Source: Phoronis australis
Taxonomy: Eukaryota > Animalia > Phoronida
Direction of reading: 5' to 3'
Assembly (NCBI GenBank): GCA_002633005.1
Contig: NMRA01000442.1
Coordinates: 62,001 to 126,000 of the forward strand
DNA: 64,000 nt
In this document: positions 53,001 to 64,000 of the stretch, one piece after another
Layout of the letters: every line of letters begins with the position of its first letter
Position numbering within the stretch: the first letter of the stretch is position 1
Translations under genes and position numbers: made by a program
Notes under the pieces: model-generated
Told to the model about the DNA's origin: nothing
The model's input: the letters and a program-made list of their open reading frames with translations, nothing else
Database searches by the model: none

Positions 53001-56000
53001 TTCAGAATGTATCCGAATTTTAACATACCAATCAAACTTAAACATCTCTCTCACGACTTAATTAAACTGCAATACTCTTAAAGTTCACTGGTCGCTAAAA
53101 CAGTGTGTGAAGAGCGAAACAACTGTTGCTGAAGTTTTGACAAAATTTCCATCTGTTTCAGCCGTCAATGCTTTCCCTAAATGAGTCTAGAAGGAATAGT
53201 TGGGACAAAAATGTGTTTTCATACGTGGTTAACTCTCAGTCCTTAGGCCATAGTTCTGGCTGCAAACAGGAAGTGAGAGTAGGTATGTACAGTTCAAATA
53301 CAATCTAAAACTGAAAAATATTGAGAAACACACCCTACATGCTCCGTCACTCAAGAAAACGTATACTCAAGTTCAATAAAAATGAAGTTCCTCAATGTTT
53401 GAAAATGCACCTTTGTACGTTCTTTTAATCAAGACCACATAAACCTCGGGTCTCTCTTAAAGACGGAGTTGGTTGGAAATTCTGCACCAAACCACATCAA
53501 TATCTTGTGTATCAGGAATCTTGGATGTGTGTTTTATCCTCTCATTTTTTTATTTTTTTAACTGTTTATTTCTTGTAACAGACAGTACATCAAATAATAC
53601 ACATGCCTGCCCGCAAAGTAAAGACATGATATGGAGCCAGAACTTACTCAGATGTCGTGTACGGTTGCGTTTTGCCTCCAAGCATCGGCTTTTGTTCAGG
53701 TATGATATCGTGTGGGCATTTTAATTTTAAACTCTCAAAACCAGTCTCAGGTATCATCTCTAGTGGAAAACTTCGCTCTTTGATATCATCTCAAATATCC
53801 ATTTTCCTTGTTGCCCAGGTATTCTGTTGGTCAAGGGTACATTTCATGAAAGGTAACTCAAAGGCTCAAGGCTGGAATTTCAACTTGCATTTCCCAGTCA
53901 TTTCGGAAGAACAAGTCAAACTCAAGTCTCAACAAATACCAATAATTATTAGTTAACAATAATAATTTTAATGTAGTGTTTCAGCAGCTATGAACCTGCC
54001 TTTCATCAGAGAAACCATCTTTATATTTCAACCACTTTCCGACAAGAAACTGGTCTCAAATTGTTCCGAAGACAAACTAGGGGTGATTTTAGGGCTTCCA
54101 AAAAAAGTGACAGTTCGTTATGGTCTTGAGACCTTGTTCTCTTGAGGCCAAGTTGTCTAATCCACAGGGCGGACGTCGTTTTAGGCACAAAGCATGGTAT
54201 CGAGGAATAACGAGCTGTCAGCTCTTTACAAACCCAGAAATCCCTTCTGATACGAGTACAGAACAAGTTGAAACTACTTTTATAATGGTAAACAGTCTTA
54301 CTCAAAACTTGCAATGAATGTAAAATTATTTCAGCACAATAATGTCCATGGGTACACTGACCAGTCGGGCATGGAGAGGTCAACCACTGTCCATGTCATT
54401 TAACACCAGACTCATTAACCAATAATTTATAGGAGCCACTTGTCTATTTCAGTTAACCAAAATAACTGTCTGGGATGTTTTTATTAGGCTAGAGGACTTC
54501 TTTTTGGCTCTTGGCTGGCACTGCATCATTATCACCAGTTCTTAACTTCACAGTTTACCCAACAACTAATGCCTGTAGTTGCAACAGTGTTATTTCTGCT
54601 GCAGGGAACCACTGGGAAAGGGTCATGTCATAAGACGATTAAACTTTTTTTAGATGAAGCCAACAGCACCTCACACAATGGACACCAGATGGAGACTCAT
54701 AGTGAGATTTTACATGATTTTTAACTCATTGGGGTCATCGTCATCCTGTCCTAAGCAATTGTAAACATTTTACAGGAGAACGAAACTACTTTTTCTTTGT
54801 CAATTCGACAAGCCTTGTTGAATAAATTTTGAGACTATCGAGCATTTTGAGAACCAGTTTGATACCTGTTATTAAGTGGAGAAAAGTGGATCTCAAAATG
54901 CAGGCATGTTATATCCGACTATTACCAAAGTCACTTTTGTGCTCACCAACTCTCGAAGAACTGCTACTTCCGGCAATTACGGTACATAATTTTGTATTTA
55001 ACCTCTTTCCCAATCACAATTATGTTTTTAGTCACATGAAAGTTGTTTAAAATAAACTCGAGTCAGTTTTGGTTTAAGCCAGCTTCAGTTGAACATCCAA
55101 CCACAGAGGACAGAAACATAGGTAAATATCAAGTTAAATTAGAGCAAACAATTCCTCACTAAAGTGGGTTAAAATCACAGTCAACCTCTTTAATTCAAAG
55201 AGGCACATCACCACAAGAATTGTTTCAAATGTCAGTCAACAGAACAGTTGGCACAGCCTGCCCTCAGTCACAGCCACATTCCAACAGATTTCACACACAG
55301 AACTGTGGATCGTACAAAAACCCATGGAAGACAGTCAGTGCGGGTAATCTGAAATCATTTGAATCCAAAAGACCATTTCTCATAAGATTAAGGTAACCAG
55401 CTACGATATGGTAGTTATGATAATTCTTAACTTATTTAGCACACAATATGGCAGACAAGTGAAATTCTATTTTGTTAAATTTCTACACAGACGTAAGGAT
55501 TAAGGGCATTTCTGTCAATTACAAGGATGGCTGAAAGGGTGTAGATGTCATAAAATGATGTTCTCATTACTCACAAAAAAGTAATCTGCCATCGAAAATG
55601 GAAAAAAATCATCATTTATGGCAAATATTTTTGTACAAATTAAGTGGAGAATTACCATACAACCGTTGCCAAGGATTTCTTTAATATTCTAAGTAAAAAT
55701 AGTAGACCCTTAAAACTAAACATTGTTAAAATCTTTGGTGATCACAGAATCGTATTACAATACGTTCATAAAAGCAATGTCCAGATATTCATTATTACTT
55801 GACTGTATTTTTAATAGCAATTTTTAAGGAGATCGCCGTATTTTCAAAAATAATGCTCCACCCGAGACTTGCATCTGTATTCTATGTTGCAAAAGTGTGT
55901 CTGAGATTTTCGTTTAAGGACTTTTAGGACCAGAGCCCGCCTGTCAAAAATGAAGACTTCTGTTTCTTTTCAAGGAATTTTCATATTTCACAACATAATT

Positions 56001-56768
56001 CTCAGACTAAAGGCCTCAAAAGAAAATTCAAAATGCTCTTTTTGTAGCTAAGAGAATAAAGAAACAGGTTTTTGAGAAAAAGTTCATGTCTATGGAAGAC
56101 ACGGTGATCTGCGTGAAAATCACAATTTTATGAAACCTCAGTCACATCATTACATCTGGGCATGGGGTCTCAAAATTGAAACCTAAATTATTTTTGACGT
56201 TTTTCGTTTCACTATTGTATGAACTCAAGATGATAAGCGTAAATAATTTTGAGCTTGAGTACTCCTTGGTTTACATGGATTGCTATTCATTCCTTGCTTG
56301 CACTCGACGACCTCAGCATCAATGCTATAACTTTGAGCTCGAATGAGATTTTTACTCAAGTTTGTGGCTCAAATCTAGGAGTCATCAAGTGCGAACCTTT
56401 GACTAGACTCTCATCACCATAAACCATAACATACTTGAGCAGAGAGAACACACTCTCTTACCTTCCTTTCTAGCAAATAAGGGGAACGAAAAATGGCAAA
56501 AATATGTTCCAGATTGATATCAAGTGCAAGGGTTAGACCCCCGGGCCATTAAGATTAATTTTATGCACATCGTAATATTCTGTATTCATCACCGACTCAA
56601 AATAGTTTTGTGGGTCGACAATTAATACAAAAAATTTAATTTTTGGCAACAAAGGAAGCTACCTTTAAAGCCCAACCTGAGGGGCTCATCAACACCAGTG
56701 CATCAAAACGACAATGGTCTTAAGAGTATCAATGCTTCAGTAAGTCCTGGGCGGCAAAGAAGGCCACT

Positions 56769-56981
56769 GGCCTGTTCCAAGAACTTTTGGCGAAGTCTAA
56801 GATTTGTCTCTACATCTAAACTTTGAAACTTCCACATCCGGTAAGTTAGTCAAACTTAGTCAAAATTAAGATCACTGACTTTCTAAAAACTTACTCAAGA
56901 CAAATTGAAGTTTTATCTTAAAATTGACTAAAATTGAAAATTTGTCTTTAGTTAGCCAAGTCACTTTTCTTGGAATGGGCC
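56769..56981. mobile_element. Small Harbinger-type MITE
   Basis: TIR ggcctgttccaagaa / ttcttggaatgggcc (13/15); internal ttagtcaa repeats. Confidence 0.55.
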
Positions 56982-57968
56982 TCTGAGCTAGCTCCAGAAT
57001 TAATTTGGTATCCTCAAAACCTGATTACGGCAGATGATCACAGTGTAATTCTAAAAATTAGTCAGTAATTATCTGCCATAATCAAAGAAAGATGAAATAG
57101 AGTTTTTGATTTAGAGTATGGCAGCAGAAAATGGTATTGAACTAATCACTATTTGCCATGATAGGCCATTTTTGCCATTTATTCCAAGAATATTGTCATG
57201 AAATCCATGATATGTTTATGATAAACTTTTGCAGTATGTTGCTTTGATAGTTTTATCAATATCAATTTATTACTTTACTAGCAGATCCTTGATGTTTATG
57301 TTCTGGCTTTCAGTTGAGTCAGTGGTCCATCCATTGCATCCAAAGATGAACTGGTACACTAGATTGCGTAATGGTCATTCACAGAATAGTGACCTTGAGG
57401 CTGCCGCCCATTACCATATATGGCAAACACAATAGAGAATTTCTTATAATTGTTGTTAAAGTTCTTAGAGTTGTTTACTGTTATTTCTTATAGAACATAG
57501 CCGGTTAGTGCATGCAACCCATATATTTGTAACTCATGTGTAACCTCACATTTGTCTAATAAAGACAGTCTTCACCTTGCTACTGCCAGTTGCTGTAGCT
57601 AGTAAAACTGAGTGGTCTACAAACAGTTAATGAATACAACATCTCAATGACAGACTGAGACCCACTACCACACACACACTACCCTGCTACTATATTTGAC
57701 TCTTTCCTACAAATTCATCAGTCTGCCAAATCTGCTCTCTGTTGGCTGAGACAGAGTCAACCTGGTGTGTAGTCCTGATAATAAAACAGTTTTCTAACAT
57801 GAGGTAGAAGGTTATCTTTAAATAAATATGAACTGGGTGAAGAATTTAAATTTACTAGTGAACATCTGGTGTCTAAGATAAGGCATTGACATAACATCAC
57901 TCTTGGTGTGTTGTCTGGTGAAAATGCACAGGCTGGTGAAGACACTACAATTCTTGGTACCATGAACC

Positions 57969-60778
57969 ATGTATCACAACAGTGTACTGATTACATTGTA
58001 AGATACCAGCACATCCCCCTCATTCTATTCAAATGGGACTGAAAACAACAGCTCTGAAAACAATTAAAATGTTAACCAAAACAATTTCTGTTCTGTAGTC
58101 ATGTCACCAGGTGGCACTGTCAGGTCACCATTTTTTAAGCAAAGATATACCTACATGGACAGTAAACAAAGGAAAACCCACGATTTTTGTCGGTAGTGAA
58201 CATGCCCATGTGAACACAGCATAAAGACGGGGAGAAAATAAGGGCAAAGCCTTTTCTGCATGCCCTTGCCACATGGTTAGGAATGATCAATTCTGTAAAG
58301 AGAACGGCTTCTAGGTGAACAGCAAATTTAATACCATAACTGTTAATATTCAAATTAACCACATGGTAATTCATTCTGGTTGACTGGTAAAAAACAGTGT
58401 CAGTCAAACAGGTATCAAAGTGTTCCTGCTGTGACAACAGAGGTTATTCTGGTGACACCAATAAATTCAATCTTGAGTAATACTGCCACTTCTAACCACA
58501 TTGTGTGTATTTCCTCATCACATAGGAAGTCTTCCTGGTTACAAATGTTGATTCATTCATAACTACTGGGAGCAATAAAGCAGACAGGCTTTTCTGGGTA
58601 ATCGTTCGATATAATGTGCACGAATTTTGAGAACCAGTTTTCTCCACTAAATAACAGGCATCAAACTGGTTCTCAAAATACGGGCACGTTATACGGGCAC
58701 GTCATACCAGACTATTGCCCTATTCTGCGTAGCCACGCACCTCTCTGGCTGTTGTGATTAGTTGTACTTCAACTGATGTTTATTATTATGGCTACGAAAA
58801 TTACATTAATTTGGAATTAACTTAAACCCAGGAAGATCCACCTGGCGATTAGTGAGCGAATATCAAATCTTGCTTTGAATGTTTTTGCGTCCTGGTTTTC
58901 AGCCAGCAAACTAATTTATATGTGGGTTGCTACGGAAGTTGTGTACAACAGAGATTGGTAGAAATCTGGGCACAGGAAATAATTAAGAATTGAAGAGCTT
59001 CCAGTTATTTCACCAGCAGTTAGAAGAAAGCTTCTGAGTGTACTATTCACAAACCTGCAATTACTGGCCATGCTATGATTGACCAGGAGAATGTTACCAT
59101 CTTGGCCAGATTCCAATAGACTAATAGATGGATCAGGCAGTCTATTTATATGTGGAAAGCAGGTAATAGGTGCAAGAACAGGGATTCGGGACAACTCCAT
59201 CAGAGAACTTTTTATAACTGTATATCGAGGCCTCGACAACAAATGACTGTGGTATCACACACCTAAACCCAACACATCCTAAGTTTGAGAACTACACAGC
59301 AGTGTTTAATGCGCTACAGAAGACGCTAACAGAATATGACATTCTCAGAGACGACTGCAAATTACACTGCAACTTGAAATTGAANATGTAGCACAACAGT
59401 GTACGATTACATTGTAAGATACCAGCACATCCCCCTCATTCTATTCAAATGGGACTGAAAACAACAGCTCTGAAAACAATTAAAATGTTAACCAAAACAA
59501 TTTCTGTTCTGTAGTCATGTCACCAGGTGGCACTGTCAGGTCACCATTTTTTAAGTAAAGATATACCCACATGGACAGTAAACAAAGGAAAACCCACGAT
59601 TTTTGTCGGTAGTGAACATGCCCATGTGAACACAGCATAAAGACGGGGAGAAAATAAGGGCAAAGCCTTTTCTGCATGCCCTTGCCACATGGTTAGGAAT
59701 GAGCAATTCTGTAAAGAGAACGGCTTCTAGGTGAACAGCAAATTTAATACCATTACTGTTAATATTCAAATTAACCACATGGTAATTCATTCTGGTTGAC
59801 TGGTAAAAAACAGGTATCAAAGAGTTCCTGCTGTGACAACAGAGGTTATTCTGGTGACACCAATAAATTCAATCTTGAGTAATACTGCCACTTCTTGTGT
59901 GTATTTCCTCATCACATAGGAAGTCTTCCTGGTTACAAATGTTGATTCATTCATAACTACTGGGAGCAATAAAGCAGACAGGCTTTTCTGGGTAATCGTT
60001 CGATATAACGTGCACGAATTTTGAGAACCAGTTTTCTCCACTAAATAACAGGCATCAAACTGGTTCTCAAACTACAGGCACGTTATACGGGCACGTCATA
60101 CCAGACTATTGCCCTATTCTGCGTAGCCACGCACCTCTCTGGCTGTTGTGATTAGATGTACTTCAACTGATGTTTATTATTATGGCTACGAAAATTACAT
60201 TAATTTGGAATGAACTTAAACCCAGGAAGATCCACCTGGCGATTAGTGAGCGAATATCAAATCTTGCTTTGAATGTTTTTGCGTCCTGGTTTTCAGCCAG
60301 CAAACTAATTTATATGTGGGTTGCTACGGAAGTTGTGTACAACAGAGATTGGTAGAAATCTGGGCACAGGAAATAATTAAGAATTGAAGAGCTTCCAGTT
60401 ATTTCACCAGCAGTTAGAAGAGAGCTTCTGAGTGTACTATTCACAAACCTGCAATTACTGGCCATGCTATGATTGACCAGGAGAATGTTACCATCTTGGC
60501 CAGATTCCAATAGACTAATAGATGGATCAGGCACTCTATTTATATGTGGAAAGCAGGTAATAGGTGCAAGAACAGGGATTCGGGACAACTCCATCAGAGA
60601 ACTTTTTATAACTGTATATCGAGGCCTCGACAACAAATGACTGTGGTATCACACACCTAAACCCAACACATCCTAAGTTTGAGAACTACACAGCAGTGTT
60701 TAATGCGCTACAGAAGACGCTAACAGAATATGACATTCTCAGAGACAACTGCAAATTACACTGCAACTTGAAATTGAA
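57969..60778. repeat. 1.4-kb near-identical tandem duplication (57969-59384 / 59386-60778) around a single N; probable uncollapsed haplotypes
   Basis: Copies differ only by scattered SNPs and short indels, and the junction is exactly the N at 59385. Confidence 0.85.
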
Positions 60779-60959
60779 AGTGGGACTTGAAATTGAAAGT
60801 GCGCAGCATTACGATTTTCAAAATCAATTCAGTGAAGCAAGTTTCAAGTAGGCGCCGGCATGAGCTGTGGTCGCTAAATTGAAAATACTTGGTTGAAGGG
60901 AGCTCAGTCGAGCATTTGGCATTTCCTACGAAAGTTTTCAAAAAAATAGGTGGTAACTT

Positions 60960-61100
60960 GGGTGCGGCGCAGCACTGAAAAAAGTGGGGAGCTATAGCGC
61001 CCCAGCTCCCATGGAACACTGCCCATAGACCATGGGCGGCCCAGCACTGAAAAAAGTGGGGGGCTCCAGTCGCCCAGCCCCCATGGTGCGCCGCCCATGG
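60960..61100. repeat. GC-rich dispersed repeat; second copy at 51945-52070
   Basis: Both copies have two cagcactgaaaaaagt(g/t)gggg units around ccatagaccatg. Confidence 0.65.
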
Positions 61101-64000
61101 GTAAAGTGAGCATGGTTTGTTAACTCAAAAGTTTTCCACAATAAGAAATTGAGACTGCTGCAGGAACATATGTTTTTTTGTGATTTTGTACAGCCAAGCC
61201 CACCCCACCTTGACTGCGAGAGCAAATTTTAGTCACCCTGAGCTACAAAGAGTAACCATGCACTGCCTTCGAGGCGCTAGTTTCTAAAAAACGTTTTGGC
61301 TAAATCGTCGAGGGTACATTTGTGCAGATATGTTTGTTGCGACGCCAGACCATTTTGTTGCGAATTAATGCAGTTGTTCCCTGTGTCATGCGCAGTGTGA
61401 CCTGTGTAATGCTGCTATTTCAAGTAGTATTCAGATTTACGTGACTATTTATTCTATAAAAAAACGAACACACAAGTACTGTCAACACATCCTTCCAGAA
61501 CAGTCAAGTTCAACATTGCCTCTCAGGTGTGTACCATTTTTTAATGAAACACGATAGCCACAAATTACAACATGTAGTTTTGCTCCATGCATGTTGATCT
61601 AGAAAAAGTGCCTATGTTTGAGTTGATGAAATCAAAGTCACAATGTGACATAGTTGGCGAGCAGATTACACTGTCGTTCACAAGTTTATGAATAGGCAAC
61701 CGTCTTGGCTTCTCCAGCGAACGGTCTTGAAGTAGTAGTGCTATGGTTTGAAAGTGGGTATGAACCCTTATTCTCAAAATTTCTCTGTGTCGCAATTCCC
61801 CAGGTGTTGGAGCTTGCCTTTGAACAACTTGCTACTGTTCATTCGAGCATCCACACCACACACCCTACACCACATGACAAATATAGGGTAAGGTAAGTGA
61901 GGTCCACACACAAACTTACCCTAGAACGAGATACTCCTGGAACAAGTTGTCAGGTTTGGGAGATGTTTCCATGCTATTTAGTTGTCTCTATATTTGAGTG
62001 CTGTCTGGACGCTATTTAAACTAGTACAACTTACCCCACCTGTGACAACTTACTCCACGTTAACGAGGTAAGGTAACTTTGCCACTTATAATCGCTGTGT
62101 GGGTGCAAAAGTGGGGTAGGGTAGAAGTAATTAGCTCCAGCTTTCTTTTGTGCGCCGTACTCGGATTAGGCATTCACTGCCAGCGCAGAGTGACAATTTC
62201 TGCCAATCCCTAGTTATCGGTGTGGACGCTCCACTCAAAAGTGGGGTAAGTTACACTAGTGCAAGTTATTTTAGGGAAGGCTGTGTGTGGGCAGGACTTT
62301 AAGACAATCTTATGTGTGCAACTGAGCAAGTGTATAGCAGGTAATTACTTCCACTTTGGCTGCAACTTCATATCCACACAACGACTTGCGCAGAGGCAAC
62401 TCGCCCTAGAACAATTTATCCTACTTAGCCAGAAGGTGGTTTAAGTTGTCCCACCTGTGTCGATTTGCCCAACACTATTACCAAACCTAGCGACAACTCG
62501 TTCCAGGACGACTTGTTCTAGGGCAACCCCTAGTGTGTACTTCAACTGATGTTTATGGCAGCAAAGTTACATTAATCTGGAAGGAATTTAACCCTAGATG
62601 ACGCACCTGGGGAATAGTGGCAGCACATCAAACCTTGTTTTGAACATTTGTTTCAATTAGCTTCCTGTTTTTCAGCCAGTAATTTTTTTACAATGTGGCA
62701 CTCCACCCTTCATGCATCATACGCAGACTTTGATGACTTTGGCCAGCTCCTAACAGATCCAACGTAAGCATCTGGTTGTTAGTCAACAGTATGCACAATT
62801 AAGGACAGCACTTGAGTTAGAAACTATGGCCTCCATTCTACAGGAAGTTATGCACAACTTAAAGCAAAGCATAGATGTCTGCCAGATATAAATAAACACC
62901 ACTTAAAGAACAAACCACAAAATCAAATACAATGACGTATCAGTTCCATTTTCGAACTAAGGAAAGCAATTGGAACAAGATTGCTTTTAAAGATTTCTAG
63001 AATAGTTGGAGATGGACCAAGAAAGAACCTGACAGTAATCATTTCCTGATACAGTGATGAAATATTGAAGTTGTGGTGCTACATGGCGTGATTTGCTATT
63101 TGGCAGTAAGCATCCACTTCTGTCCCTACAGTTGACGGGTGATGTGAAAGAGACTTTGAAGCATTGCGATTTTATTTCTTAATTATTTGCAATTGACAAA
63201 TTGCCTTGCAGTGGGATGTTCAAATTACTCGTAGATCATACGTAGATCATACCGAAGTTACTTTCTGGTCACCATGGTGACTTTGTGAAGGATGTTTGCA
63301 TTTTGCTTTACTTCCCTGGCCAAATCAAGTTAGGCCTTTTACTCCTATAAAATCAGTGCATGTATTGCCTGTTACTTATCTTGCTGGCTCATATGGATAT
63401 AATTTAACATCCCATCAGCATGGTAATGTTCTTAAATCCCAAAGTGCTTCCATTACAAATTCAACATTGACATCTAAACAGGGCTAAATGCAGCTTTAAG
63501 TTTTGTGATAATCTTAAGCACTGCATTTTTAACACATATAATAATACAATATTTATTTAGTTACATTGAGATAAATTGTACACCCATCATCCAGTTCCTA
63601 ATAACTTTCGCAAGTCGCGAGTTGTCCTGATTTGGCAGAGCTTTGCTAGTGTTTTTTCTGGATTGCTGTGTCATTTCCGTCATTAAGTTCATGGTGCCAT
63701 CCCACAGCTGGCAATACACATTCTGCAAACTTAATTCTGAGTTTCAGACAGTCGAACATAAGTGCTACCAAGAAACTGTCAATTGCCATGTCAGTTGTCA
63801 GTCAAAATGTCTTTCCTAACCAAGCAACAACTGCTTTACAAGATGCCTGACATCTCTATTTCAGGATCACATTGGCTAAATATTGACTCAGGTTTGAGTA
63901 AGTTTCTGCAACACCACAAAAGGTAAGCCCTGAATCTTTTGGCTAATGCTGATCTGATGAGCAAACAGTGGTCTTTCAGTATAATTGACTTAGTCCCCTA

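Noticed and set aside
58135-60636. Duplicated 89-108 aa ORFs as a nested gene pair
   Set aside because: No recognisable domain or splice support; they come from the haplotype duplication
49070-64000. CRIM1 signal peptide/IGFBP exons
   Set aside because: No GCGCC-type Cys pattern with splice sites was found by eye; they probably lie beyond the window

Overview
Eukaryotic (invertebrate animal, AT-rich, intron- and MITE-rich draft) genomic DNA, so most ORF-track entries are noise. The main feature is a minus-strand CRIM1 (cysteine-rich motor neuron 1) orthologue. Eleven coding exons from 49069 to 13549 join through GT-AG introns with matching phases into about 700 aa: three N-terminal Cys-rich exons, 2 VWC, 4 antistasin-like and 4 VWC modules. 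The signal peptide/IGFBP exons were not found and probably lie right of the window. No transmembrane/cytoplasmic exon was found downstream. Left of CRIM1 lie a decayed 5-kb ISL2EU/PHIS-type DNA transposon with a second THAP element nested in it, a Penelope-like retroelement relic split by a MITE, the first coding exon of a type II membrane protein (neprilysin/ECE-like) and a hAT transposase relic. The introns carry several MITE families. There are two N gaps, and two duplications flanking single Ns look like haplotype-assembly artefacts. I found no convincing new biological system. The best leads are a possibly secreted, TM-less CRIM1, its altered antistasin modules and transposon exons that could be captured in frame. 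All family assignments come from motif recognition by eye, not database searches.
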